The position numbers and the translations under genes are program-made. Positions 9,239 to 18,915 of a stretch of 64,000 nt of DNA are shown one piece after another. The first letter of the stretch is position 1, and every line of letters starts with the position of its first letter. The notes under the pieces were generated by a model. It was not told where the DNA came from, made no database searches, and was given only the letters and a program-made list of their open reading frames with translations. Source of the stretch: an uncultured Lachnobacterium sp. (lineage in GTDB: Bacteria > Bacillota > Clostridia > Lachnospirales > Lachnospiraceae); NCBI GenBank assembly GCA_937935345.1, contig CALGXR010000024.1:16111-80110 (forward strand), in the 5' to 3' direction.

Positions 9239-10192
9239 ATGAATAATGCACAGTTAGTGATAGACGAAGTAAAAAAGGCAGTAAAGGGCAAGGATGATTG
9301 TATCATCAAGGCATTTGCTGCCTTTTTGGCAGGTGGACATATACTGCTTGAGGATGTGCCGGGAGTGGGCAAGACCACGCTTGCAGTAGCCTTTTCAAGG
9401 GCGATGGCTCTTGTGAATCACAGGGTACAGTTTACTCCGGATGTGCTGCCTGCGGATATTCTTGGCTTTTCGATGTATCAGAAGCAGACCGGATCATTTG
9501 TGTACCGTGAGGGCGCTGTGATGTGCAATCTGTTTCTGGCAGACGAGATTAACAGGACAAGTCCCAAAACGCAGTCAGCGCTTTTGGAGGTCATGGAGGA
9601 GGGAAATGTCACTGTGGATGGCGAGAGTAGAAAAGTCCCAAAGCCGTTTATAGTAATGGCCACGCAAAATCCAAAGGGCAGCGCCGGCACACAGCTGTTG
9701 CCGGAGTCGCAGCTTGACAGGTTTATGATATGCATGAGCATGGGATATCCATCGCATGAGGCAGAGGTGGATATCGCAAAGGGCAGGAGCATGAAGGCAG
9801 ATGAGTATACGATAAAGCCTGTTATGAATGCACAGGGGCTTGTTGAGATGCAGGGAGAGGTCGAGCAGGTATTTATCCATGACAGTATTTATTCATACAT
9901 TGTGGATCTGGTTGATGCGACAAGGACGAGTCCGTACATTGAGCTTGGAGTGAGCCCGAGAGGTACGATTGCGTGTGTGAGGATGGCAAAGGCATATGCG
10001 TATCTAAATGGGCGAAGCTATGTCATACCGTCTGATGTGGTTTCTGTATTTGCGGATGTGACAAAGCACAGAATTGTGCTAAATACCAAGGCGAGAGTGT
10101 CACACGTATCAGAGCTTTCAGTGATAGATGAGATACTAAAGGCTGTTAAGCAGCCGACAATTTATGTGAAAAAGGCAGGTAATCGTGATTAG
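9239..10192 (+). CDS. MoxR-family AAA+ ATPase
   Basis: Walker A LEDVPGVGKT, Walker B LFLADEINR, sensor motifs, and the C-terminal MoxR lid. GGGGGA RBS before the ATG at 9239. The TTG at 9215 given in the ORF track is less likely. Confidence 0.85.
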   Translation: MNNAQLVIDEVKKAVKGKDDCIIKAFAAFLAGGHILLEDVPGVGKTTLAVAFSRAMALVNHRVQFTPDVLPADILGFSMYQKQTGSFVYREGAVMCNLFLADEINRTSPKTQSALLEVMEEGNVTVDGESRKVPKPFIVMATQNPKGSAGTQLLPESQLDRFMICMSMGYPSHEAEVDIAKGRSMKADEYTIKPVMNAQGLVEMQGEVEQVFIHDSIYSYIVDLVDATRTSPYIELGVSPRGTIACVRMAKAYAYLNGRSYVIPSDVVSVFADVTKHRIVLNTKARVSHVSELSVIDEILKAVKQPTIYVKKAGNRD

Positions 10193-11222
10193 TTTTTTGA
10201 TAGGAATAATTACTGCAGCAGTAGTTTTTTATATGTCGATGATATACGGCAATGCCGCGCTGGCGCTTTTGGGCAGCTTTATGTGTGTGTTTATGGCGCT
10301 GACATTTATAGCATTGCTTGTAAAGGCGCACAGGGCAGTGGCAGCTATAAATATTCCGATAGCTATCGCCACACAGGGTGATAGCATCAGGGTAAGCCTT
10401 TCCTGCCGGCTGAAGGAGACAGGCTTTGATGGTGTTAAATACCGTGTAAAGGTGAAAAATAATTTATCCGGAGAAAAAAGTACAAAATGGCTGTCTGGAG
10501 GCAATGATTTTTTGTACAGCACGAAGTGCTGCGGCAATTATGAATTTGAGCTTGCAAGGATAAGGCTATATGATTTTTCGAGGCTTTTTTATGTCACAAA
10601 AAGAGTTAAAAAATATGTAAATGTTGAGGTGATTCCGCAGATTGATGAGATTCCTGTGAGGATAACGGACAGAGTGAGAAATTTCTTTGGGGATTCTGAT
10701 ATCTATGATGATATAAGGCCCGGGTATGATCCGTCGGAGCTGTTTGACGTCAGAGAGTTTCAAAACGGTGACAGGCTGCAGAGTGTGCACTGGAAGCTTT
10801 CTGCAAGGACAGATGAGCTGATGGTAAAGGAAAACAGCCTGCCAAAGGCATGTGCCGTGGCCGTAGTCGCAGACTTAAGGGGGATAAAGAAGGGCAGACA
10901 GGCGGATGCTTTTATGAAGCTTCTTGTCTCGCTTTCCTTTTCACTTATGGATCAAAAATGCCCTCATTATGTGGCATGGTATGATACCTTAATAAACGAT
11001 ATTGTGAGAGCCCGAGTGGATGACGAGGAGGGCTTTTATATATTCTTGAACAGTTTCCTTAAAATAAAGCCGGATACAAAGACGGATGCGCGTTTTTTGT
11101 ATGAGGAAAAGTACAGGGCAGAAAGGCTTGTGTGTCTACTTAGCGTGGACGGAAGGCTTCAGATAAAAAAGGGAGAGGAGATAGTTGGCAGAGCAGATGA
11201 AAAAAACGAGATTGTCATTTAG
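10185..11222 (+). CDS. DUF58 domain protein (vWA-like), the usual partner of MoxR
   Basis: N-terminal TM helices, then a DUF58 core (DxR..FQNGDRLQSVHWKLSART). The GTG start overlaps the moxR stop. Confidence 0.7.
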   Translation: MISFLIGIITAAVVFYMSMIYGNAALALLGSFMCVFMALTFIALLVKAHRAVAAINIPIAIATQGDSIRVSLSCRLKETGFDGVKYRVKVKNNLSGEKSTKWLSGGNDFLYSTKCCGNYEFELARIRLYDFSRLFYVTKRVKKYVNVEVIPQIDEIPVRITDRVRNFFGDSDIYDDIRPGYDPSELFDVREFQNGDRLQSVHWKLSARTDELMVKENSLPKACAVAVVADLRGIKKGRQADAFMKLLVSLSFSLMDQKCPHYVAWYDTLINDIVRARVDDEEGFYIFLNSFLKIKPDTKTDARFLYEEKYRAERLVCLLSVDGRLQIKKGEEIVGRADEKNEIVI

Positions 11223-13827
11223 GAAAAACTGCTGGCAGAGGTCTGATACAAATGAGATAAAGCCTGATTACAATAATGCGTTTACAGTGCTAAGCGTTCT
11301 GCTTACGGAGCTTGCCAATGCAGCAGCAGCAGTATTTCTTACGGTATGTGCGGTGTCTGTCGTGAATACGACTATTTCCCATGTGAGGTGTCCGTATTAT
11401 GTGTATTTATGGCTGTTTATTTTTTCGGTGATAAGCGGCTTTATAAACAGACTTGCATCGCTTGATGCAAGAAGGTGGGTGCGCCATGCGATAAATACAG
11501 GTCTGCTGCTTGTATTTGTGCTAGGAGTGTTTATCGCAAACTGGCAGGCTGCGGCGCATATAAAGGATGGCTTTTTATATGTAAAGGGCAGGTATCTTGA
11601 GATAATAAATGTGTACTATGGCACTTCGTTTGCATGCCCGAAGGGCGATAAGGCCTTTGCAGGGGCATTTGTGGGCTTTGTATCGTTTATAGCTATGCTT
11701 TTTCTGGTGACACTTGCGGTTCAAATTAAAAGAAGACGTATGCTTACATTATTTCCAACGCTTATGCTTGCGGTGCAGCTGTGCATAGGCAAAAGTCCAA
11801 GCGTCAGTGAAGTCGTTATGCTCACGCTTTGTACACTCTGGTGCCTTATCGCAGATGGCAACGCACGCACAGTGGCAGGATATGAGGCAGACGGCAGTGC
11901 ACAGGGCAATGAGGCTTTAAGGATAGTACCGGCGTTTTTATACATGGCGGCAGTGTCAGCAATACTTTTTATATGTGTATTTTCGTTTAAACCTCTTGCT
12001 GATACACTTGCCGATAAAAAGCCACAGATGCTTGCCTTTCAAAAGGATTTGGAGGGCAGCGTAAAGTCGTTCTTCAGCTCGGGAATTGATTTGCAGGATG
12101 GCACAGTTAGCAATCACTACCCAAGCTACAGCGGAAAAACAGTGATGACGGTAGAAGCATCATCAGGAGCGTCCTCTAATATTTACCTGAGGAGCTTTTA
12201 CGGTGATACCTATGAGAATGGCAGATGGATTAAAAAGTCTGATTTTTCCCGGATGGAAAAAGAGTATCACGATGCTTCAAGGATGACAGCGTGGCAGAAT
12301 GCAATCGGATTAGCCACGCTGCTTTATGGCTATTATGATGATGAGACTAATCCGGCCACCGAAAAGTATACAATCACGATGGAGAAGCTTTCCACCAAAT
12401 ACACCTATTTGCCGTACTGTATCGATCCATACAGTATAGATGCCAAAGGGGATATAGATTTTGACGAAGACTTTTTTATCACAAAGGATAAAGGAACAAA
12501 GACTATCGAGGTATCGGCGTGTCCCGGCTTTTTCGATGGTAGTCTGGAAACGTCCAGCCTTGAGCCCGAGCAGCCTCTTGAGGTCAACAATGATTTCTAT
12601 GCGGCATACAATAATTATGTAATGGAAAACTATACTGAAAAGCAGGGCGGTGACGGGATTGTTTCGGAAGATGCAAAGTGGCTTCTTAGGACAGGACAGC
12701 TCACAAGCAATATGATGTACACAGGCTATATAAGAGAAAATGATGCCAACAGGATTGCGGCAGCACAGCTGGTGCAGCAGTTTCTGACATCGAAGGCTTT
12801 TAAGTACAGCAAAAATCCTCCTTCCACAGGCGGTAAGGATGTGGTTGAGAACTTCCTCTCAAATAGCAGAGAGGGCTTTTGCGTGCATTTTGCATCGGCT
12901 GGCACGATGATACTCAGACAGATGGGGGTTCCATGCCGCTATGTAAGCGGATACTGTGCAAAGGGGGACAGCTTCAAATCCGGTGAAAATGATGGGGATA
13001 TATGCGAGGTGAAGGATTCACAGTCGCATGCCTGGGTTGAAATATATCTGGATGATTTCGGATGGATTCCTGTGGAGATGACACCGGGATATTATGAGAA
13101 CGTGACAGGTATGAATCAGTTTGACTATATTGGTGTCAACGGAAAGAAAACAAACACCGGTGCTGCTTATCATGATACTGAGCAAATGAATGATACTGCG
13201 GCAGATGAAGATAATGCAGATGAAGATGCAGTAAATGAAGATACAGAAAATACAGATGTAAAAAATGATGGCACAGCAAACAGTACATCAAGCCAATTTG
13301 TATCAGGTGATGGCAGTGAGAATGCTTTGGGTTCACGGTCAGGTGCTGATAAACGCACAGACACTCATAGCTCAAAAACAGGACTTCATATACCACCGGC
13401 GATTTTGAAAACAGTACTCTGTGTGATTTTTCTGACGGCACTTACAGCCACAATAGTTTACATCAAAAAGCGAAGAAACATTTTGTGGGAAGCAAGACTT
13501 GCCCAAAGAGTGAAAAAGGGCCGATACAGCAGGGCTGCCATCATGATAAACAACCGCATCTATAAGGAACTGGGGCATCCTTCAAAGAACAGGACAGATG
13601 AGCTTTATCTGGCTAACCTGAGGGAAAAATACTGCGGACCGGATTATTGCGGAATCCACTGGGACGAGTACATGCGCATCATACAAAAGGCTGTGTATTC
13701 ATCAGAGGGTATCACAGAGGAGGAATGCTTTATGGTGATGGAGACATGGAGACATCTGGAGAAAAAAGACATTAGACATAATTCACAAAAAAACATGTAT
13801 AAAAACAGCATGATTAACAAAAAATAA
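11185..13827 (+). CDS. Transglutaminase-like (TgpA-type) polytopic membrane protein with an acidic linker and a C-terminal cytoplasmic domain
   Basis: N-terminal multi-TM region. Transglutaminase core with Cys/His/Asp context (GFCVHFASAGTMILRQMGVPCRYVSGY … SHAWVEIYLDDFGWIPVEMTP). D/E-rich low-complexity segment, then one more TM. Overlaps the DUF58 3' end in another frame. Confidence 0.8.
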   Translation: MAEQMKKTRLSFRKNCWQRSDTNEIKPDYNNAFTVLSVLLTELANAAAAVFLTVCAVSVVNTTISHVRCPYYVYLWLFIFSVISGFINRLASLDARRWVRHAINTGLLLVFVLGVFIANWQAAAHIKDGFLYVKGRYLEIINVYYGTSFACPKGDKAFAGAFVGFVSFIAMLFLVTLAVQIKRRRMLTLFPTLMLAVQLCIGKSPSVSEVVMLTLCTLWCLIADGNARTVAGYEADGSAQGNEALRIVPAFLYMAAVSAILFICVFSFKPLADTLADKKPQMLAFQKDLEGSVKSFFSSGIDLQDGTVSNHYPSYSGKTVMTVEASSGASSNIYLRSFYGDTYENGRWIKKSDFSRMEKEYHDASRMTAWQNAIGLATLLYGYYDDETNPATEKYTITMEKLSTKYTYLPYCIDPYSIDAKGDIDFDEDFFITKDKGTKTIEVSACPGFFDGSLETSSLEPEQPLEVNNDFYAAYNNYVMENYTEKQGGDGIVSEDAKWLLRTGQLTSNMMYTGYIRENDANRIAAAQLVQQFLTSKAFKYSKNPPSTGGKDVVENFLSNSREGFCVHFASAGTMILRQMGVPCRYVSGYCAKGDSFKSGENDGDICEVKDSQSHAWVEIYLDDFGWIPVEMTPGYYENVTGMNQFDYIGVNGKKTNTGAAYHDTEQMNDTAADEDNADEDAVNEDTENTDVKNDGTANSTSSQFVSGDGSENALGSRSGADKRTDTHSSKTGLHIPPAILKTVLCVIFLTALTATIVYIKKRRNILWEARLAQRVKKGRYSRAAIMINNRIYKELGHPSKNRTDELYLANLREKYCGPDYCGIHWDEYMRIIQKAVYSSEGITEEECFMVMETWRHLEKKDIRHNSQKNMYKNSMINKK

Positions 13828-13884
13828 ATTCGTGATGAAAATTGTGTTGAAATGATAAAGCTTCTGTGATATAAACTTAAACAG

Positions 13885-13960
13885 ACGTGTTACTTTTAGG
13901 GAGGCATTTGTCGTACATAACTTTTAACAGGGTTAGTGTATGATAGGTGCCTCCTTTTTT
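13885..13960 (+). promoter_or_regulatory. RAT (ribonucleic antiterminator) plus terminator leader of the PTS gene
   Basis: ACGTGTTACT… begins the same way as the B. subtilis ptsG RAT as I remember it. It overlaps the 5' arm of a GGAGGCA/TGCCTCC hairpin that is followed by TTTTTT (13955-13960), immediately upstream of the PTS RBS. Confidence 0.5.
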
Positions 13961-14030
13961 GTCGCTGGAGCAATAAAAGAATTACAGGTGCAAATCAATA
14001 CATACCCCGCATTTATAGGAGGAAAAGCTC

Positions 14031-16268
14031 ATGAAAGACAAAATTTTTGGTGTCCTGCAGAGAGTAGGACGAAGCTTCATGCTTCCAATTGCAATCCTTC
14101 CGGTAGCAGGCTTGCTTTTAGGACTCGGAAGCTCATTCACCAACACCACAACAATTGAGACCTATGGTTTACAGTGGCTGCTCGGAGATAAAACTATACT
14201 CCATGCACTTCTTGTAATCATGAATGCGGTCGGAAGTGCCATATTTGATAATCTTCCACTCATTTTTGCGGTCGGAGTAGCAATCGGAATGGCAAAGAAG
14301 GAAAAGGAAGTGTCAGCACTTTCGGCAGTCATAGCATACTTTGTTATGAATGTATCAATCAATGCGATGCTTAAGATTTCCGGAAAAATCCTAGCAGACG
14401 GAAGCATTGCAAAGGATGTGCTCGATGGAACCATCACATCAGTATGCGGTATCCAGTCACTGCAGATGGGCGTGTTTGGCGGAATTATCGTAGGACTGGG
14501 AGTGGCAGCACTGCACAACCGTTTCTACAAGATTGAGCTGCCGAATGCATTGTCATTTTTCGGTGGAACAAGATTTGTGCCTATTATCTCAACAGTGGTA
14601 TATCTGTTTGTAGGAATTTTAATGTACTTTATCTGGCCGACAGTGCAGAACGGAATCTATGCACTCGGCGGAGTGGTGACAGGAACAGGATATTTCGGAA
14701 CACTTCTCTTTGGTATCATAAAGAGAGCTCTTATTCCATTCGGGCTGCACCATGTATTTTACATGCCGTTCTGGCAGACAGCAGTCGGTGGAACAATGGA
14801 GGTTGCAGGACATATGGTTGAGGGAGGACAGAACATCTTCTTCGCACAGCTTGCAGACTCTGCAAACATCACACATTTCAGTGCCGATGCCACAAGATAT
14901 TTCTCCGGAGAGTTCATTTTCATGATTTTCGGACTTCCGGGAGCAGCGCTTGCAATGTATAAATGTGCAAAGCCGGAAAAGAAAAAGCAGGCAGGAAGCC
15001 TTTTACTTTCAGCAACACTTGCATGTATGTTTACAGGAATCACAGAGCCTCTTGAGTTCTCATTCCTTTTCGTAGCACCGGCTCTCTTTGCAGTACAGGT
15101 AGTGCTCGCAGGAAGCGCATACATGATAGCGCATATTTTAAACATCGCGGTAGGACTTACTTTCTCAGGCGGACTGCTTGATTTCTTCCTGTTTGGTATA
15201 TTGCAGGGCAATGCCAAGACAAGCTGGATGCTCGTGATTCCGGCGGGAATAGTATATTTCTTACTGTATTACTTTATTTTCAGCTTCCTTATAAAGAAGT
15301 TTGATTTCAAGACTCCGGGCCGTGAGGATGACGATACAGAGACAAAGCTCTACACCAAGGCAGATGTAAATGCAAGAAAAGTTGCCAAGGACACAAAAGC
15401 TTCTGACGACAAAGCGACTGTAGACGAGCTCTCACAGACTATATCACGAGGTCTCGGCGGCAAAGTCAATATCTCAGATGTGGACTGCTGTGCGACAAGG
15501 CTTCGTATCACAGTAATAGACCCTGACAAGGTAAACGATGCGCTTCTTAAATCAACAGGAGCATCAGGAGTCGTGCACAAGGGACAGGGCGTACAGATTA
15601 TCTATGGACCGAGAGTAACGGTAATAAAGTCTGACCTGGAGGATTATCTTTCGAGTGTGACAGAAGAACACTTCGAGGATGATGCAGCAGAAAATAATAC
15701 AGCAGGCGCAGATGAAGCAAAGAATGAAAATGCAGCTTCAGATAAAGCACAGGAATCTGATGTGAAAGAAGAACAGGAAGCCGGCGACGTAAAAGAGCCG
15801 ACAAGCACAGTCATAATATCAAGCCCTATGACAGGAATTGCAGCAGACCTTTCAACAGCGCCGGACGAGGCATTTGCCAGCAAAATGATGGGTGACGGAG
15901 CGGTAGTCACACCTGAGGAGGGAGTCGTTGTAGCACCTGAGGATGGAACGGTTTTATTCGTTTTTGATACAAAGCATGCTTTGGGATTTACAACCGACTC
16001 AGGAATTGGTATGATAATCCATGTAGGAATTGATACAGTAAAGCTCGAGGGTAAAGGCTTTGACGTAAAGGTTGAGGCAGGACAGAAGGTGAACAAGGGT
16101 GACGTGCTTATGAAGCTTGACCTGGATTACTTAAAAGCAAACGCACCATCAGTTACCACTCCTGTCATCTGCACAGAGCTAAAGGATAATCAGAAAATCC
16201 GCCTTATCACAGACGGACCGATTAAGGCAGGAGAGCCTCTCTACGCAGTTGACACCTACGAGAAGTAA
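14031..16268 (+). CDS. ptsG: PTS glucose-family transporter EIICBA (glucose/N-acetylglucosamine-specific)
   Basis: EIIC glucose-family membrane domain. EIIB motif DVDCCATRLRI with the phosphorylatable Cys. EIIA-Glc domain with HVGIDTV and GFD histidine motifs. A Q/E/A-rich linker between domains. Confidence 0.85.
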   Translation: MKDKIFGVLQRVGRSFMLPIAILPVAGLLLGLGSSFTNTTTIETYGLQWLLGDKTILHALLVIMNAVGSAIFDNLPLIFAVGVAIGMAKKEKEVSALSAVIAYFVMNVSINAMLKISGKILADGSIAKDVLDGTITSVCGIQSLQMGVFGGIIVGLGVAALHNRFYKIELPNALSFFGGTRFVPIISTVVYLFVGILMYFIWPTVQNGIYALGGVVTGTGYFGTLLFGIIKRALIPFGLHHVFYMPFWQTAVGGTMEVAGHMVEGGQNIFFAQLADSANITHFSADATRYFSGEFIFMIFGLPGAALAMYKCAKPEKKKQAGSLLLSATLACMFTGITEPLEFSFLFVAPALFAVQVVLAGSAYMIAHILNIAVGLTFSGGLLDFFLFGILQGNAKTSWMLVIPAGIVYFLLYYFIFSFLIKKFDFKTPGREDDDTETKLYTKADVNARKVAKDTKASDDKATVDELSQTISRGLGGKVNISDVDCCATRLRITVIDPDKVNDALLKSTGASGVVHKGQGVQIIYGPRVTVIKSDLEDYLSSVTEEHFEDDAAENNTAGADEAKNENAASDKAQESDVKEEQEAGDVKEPTSTVIISSPMTGIAADLSTAPDEAFASKMMGDGAVVTPEEGVVVAPEDGTVLFVFDTKHALGFTTDSGIGMIIHVGIDTVKLEGKGFDVKVEAGQKVNKGDVLMKLDLDYLKANAPSVTTPVICTELKDNQKIRLITDGPIKAGEPLYAVDTYEK

Positions 16269-16289
16269 TATAAATGCCGGGGGAATGAT

Positions 16290-17129
16290 ATGTACAGAAT
16301 CACAAAGGTCTTAAATCACAATACAGTGCTTGCGGTAAAGGACAAGAGCGCAAGAGAATATCTGATAGTCGGCAAGGGTGTGGGCTTTGGAAAGAAAATC
16401 ACACAGTCTATTGAGCCAACGGATGAGGATTCACTGTATGAGCTGACCCAGACAAGGGACAGAGGTCCGGCAAAGGACATAGTAAAATCCATCGAGCCGG
16501 AGTATCTTGAGATTGCAAACACACTGCTCGATGATGCAGAGCATGAGTTTGGACATATAGACAGAAGCATATTGTTCCCTATGGCAGATCATATAGCATT
16601 TGCCGTAAAGCGTATGGAAAACAAAGAACAGATCAGCAATCCTTTAAACGATGACATTCGTGTGATGTTTTATAAGGAATACAAGATAGCTGAGAATATA
16701 CGCCATATACTAAAGGATAAAAAACAAATTGATATAATTGATGATGAGATTGGCTACATTACTCTTCATATTCATACATCCTTAAACAATTCAAAGGTAT
16801 CGGATGCCATGGAGATGGCGGCAGCAGTTCGAAAATGCGCCACATTTATAGAGGAAAAGATTGGAAAGCACATAGATGTCACTACTATGGCCTACAATCG
16901 CCTCATGAACCATATCCGCCACATGGTATCAAGAGCCGCGACCGGAGAAAAATTAAAGGTTGATCTCAATCAGTTTATCGAGAAAAATTATCCGGAGTCA
17001 TTCGCACTTGCAGGTGAGATATGTAAGGAGCTTGGAAAGGACTTAAATCATGAGTTTCTGGACAATGAGACAGGCTACCTTGCCATACATATCGAGCAGA
17101 TTAAGTGCGATGAGATGGTAAGTGAATGA
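16290..17129 (+). CDS. glcT: BglG/LicT/GlcT-family PRD-containing transcription antiterminator
   Basis: N-terminal CAT RNA-binding domain (MYRITKVLNHNTVL…) followed by two PRDs with conserved His. Starts 21 nt after the ptsG stop. Confidence 0.75.
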   Translation: MYRITKVLNHNTVLAVKDKSAREYLIVGKGVGFGKKITQSIEPTDEDSLYELTQTRDRGPAKDIVKSIEPEYLEIANTLLDDAEHEFGHIDRSILFPMADHIAFAVKRMENKEQISNPLNDDIRVMFYKEYKIAENIRHILKDKKQIDIIDDEIGYITLHIHTSLNNSKVSDAMEMAAAVRKCATFIEEKIGKHIDVTTMAYNRLMNHIRHMVSRAATGEKLKVDLNQFIEKNYPESFALAGEICKELGKDLNHEFLDNETGYLAIHIEQIKCDEMVSE

Positions 17130-17138
17130 TAAAATGTG

Positions 17139-17180
17139 AAAACCTTCCTGCATATTAGGTTATGTGTGGGAAGGTTTTTT
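17139..17180 (+). terminator. Rho-independent terminator after glcT
   Basis: AAACCTTCC…GGAAGGTTT stem with a T-run (17171-17180). Confidence 0.5.
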
Positions 17181-17333
17181 CTGTGAAAGAAGAACAGCAC
17201 CGGAAGAAATGAATGGGGATTTGCGTAAGATTATGTACAAATGTTTTACAATGTGGTACACTACATAGTTGTATCAACAAACATCCGATACACAAAATAC
17301 ATATGAAATCAATTTAAAGGAGATATATATACC

Positions 17334-18434
17334 ATGAAACTCGGCATAGTCGGACTTCCGAACGTCGGAAAGTCTACATTATTCAACTCACTCACAAAGG
17401 CAGGAGCGCTTTCAGCAAACTATCCTTTTGCCACAATTGACCCAAACGTAGGTATCGTTTCAGTGCCTGACGAGAGAATCGTAAAGCTCGGAGAGCTCTA
17501 TCACACAAAGAAGGTTACACCTGCAACAATCGAATTTGTTGATATCGCAGGTCTCGTAAAGGGAGCCAGCAAGGGTGAGGGACTTGGAAACCAGTTCCTT
17601 GCAAATATCCGTGAGGTAGATGCAATCGTGCACGTAGTGCGCTGCTTTGAGGACACAAACATCATCCATGTAGATGGTTCTGTAGATCCTGCAAGAGATA
17701 TCGAGACAATCAATCTTGAGCTTATTTTCTCGGATGTTGAGATTCTCGACAGAAGAATTGCAAAGATTGCAAAGCAGGCAAGAATGGACAAGACACTTGC
17801 AAAGGAGCTTGAGCTTGTCGAGGCAGTAAAGGCTCATCTTGAGGACGGAAAGATGGCCAGAACCTTTGAGGTGCCTGATGATGAGGATGCCCAGCTTTGG
17901 TTCAAGGGCTATAATCTCCTTACAGCAAAGCCTACCATCTACGCTGCAAACGTATCAGAGGACGACCTTGCAGATGACGGCGCAAACAATCCACACGTTG
18001 CAAAGGTAAGAGAGATGGCAAAGGAAGAGGGCGCAGAGGTATTTGTTATCTGTGCACAGATTGAGCAGGAACTTGCAGATCTCGATGAGGACGAAAAGAA
18101 GGAGTACCTTGAGGATTTAGGTGTTGAGTCAAGCGGTCTTGATAAGCTTGTAGCAGCCAGCTATTCACTTCTCGGACTGATTTCCTTCCTCACAGCAGGA
18201 GAGGATGAGTGCCGTGCATGGACCATAAAGAAGGGCACAAAGGCACCACAGGCAGCCGGCAAGATACATACTGACTTCGAGCGTGGCTTTATCAAGGCAG
18301 AGGTAGTCAACTATCAGGATCTTCTCGACAACGGAAGCCTTGCAGCCGCAAGAGAAAAGGGTATCGTAGGAATGGAAGGAAAAGAGTACGTTGTTAAGGA
18401 CGGAGATGTAATTCTTTTCAGATTTAATGTATAA
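17334..18434 (+). CDS. ychF: Ribosome-binding ATPase YchF (Obg-family GTPase)
   Basis: MKLGIVGLPNVGKSTLFN G1 motif and a C-terminal TGS domain. Length 366 aa. AAAGGAG RBS. Confidence 0.9.
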   Translation: MKLGIVGLPNVGKSTLFNSLTKAGALSANYPFATIDPNVGIVSVPDERIVKLGELYHTKKVTPATIEFVDIAGLVKGASKGEGLGNQFLANIREVDAIVHVVRCFEDTNIIHVDGSVDPARDIETINLELIFSDVEILDRRIAKIAKQARMDKTLAKELELVEAVKAHLEDGKMARTFEVPDDEDAQLWFKGYNLLTAKPTIYAANVSEDDLADDGANNPHVAKVREMAKEEGAEVFVICAQIEQELADLDEDEKKEYLEDLGVESSGLDKLVAASYSLLGLISFLTAGEDECRAWTIKKGTKAPQAAGKIHTDFERGFIKAEVVNYQDLLDNGSLAAAREKGIVGMEGKEYVVKDGDVILFRFNV

Positions 18435-18509
18435 TTTTATTAATAAAACGCTTTTATAAGCACAAAATCAAAAAGAAACGCATAAGATAGACCAAGGGAG
18501 GTCTGTTTT

Positions 18510-18767
18510 ATGCGTTTTCTGGATTTATGCGAAAAAGAGGTTGTGAGCGTGGAGGAGGGCAGGTTCATCGGACACGTGCGGGATTTGGAGTTTGACCCGG
18601 TCTGTGGCAAAATCTGTGCGATTATCGTGCCGGGACCGGGAAAATATATGGGAATATTCTGCAGGGATTATGAATATTGTATTCCATGGGTTAAGATTGT
18701 GAAGATTGGACCCGATATAATATTGGTAAATATATGTGAGTCTGATATGAGACACAAGCTGTTGTGA
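18510..18767 (+). CDS. ylmC: YlmC/YmxH family sporulation-associated PRC-barrel protein
   Basis: Size (85 aa) and N-terminal motif (…LCEKEVVSVEEGRFIGHV.DLEFD) characteristic of the YlmC/YmxH family. GGGAGG RBS. Confidence 0.7.
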   Translation: MRFLDLCEKEVVSVEEGRFIGHVRDLEFDPVCGKICAIIVPGPGKYMGIFCRDYEYCIPWVKIVKIGPDIILVNICESDMRHKLL

Positions 18768-18818
18768 TTAAAAAAGTGCTAAAAAAGTCAAAATCAGTAC
18801 AAAACATATTGACAACAA

Positions 18819-18847
18819 AAATTAGTATAGATATACTAAACTGTGTA
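18819..18847 (+). promoter_or_regulatory. Putative sigma-A promoter of nrdR (TTGACA-17-TATACT) whose -10 lies in the palindrome AGTATAGATATACT
   Basis: TTGACA 18819-18824, 17-nt spacer, TATACT 18842-18847. The dyad AGTATA-GA-TATACT spans 18834-18847. Confidence 0.45.
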
Positions 18848-18915
18848 TAGGTCTTTTTAAATACAGAAAGATATTTTTGCCATTCATATTATAAGATATC
18901 TACGGAGGGTGCAAC

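Noticed and set aside
14759-16096. Several 150-aa antisense ORFs within the PTS EIICBA gene
   Set aside because: Shadow ORFs inside a well-supported coding region. Biased Ser/Ala/Pro composition.
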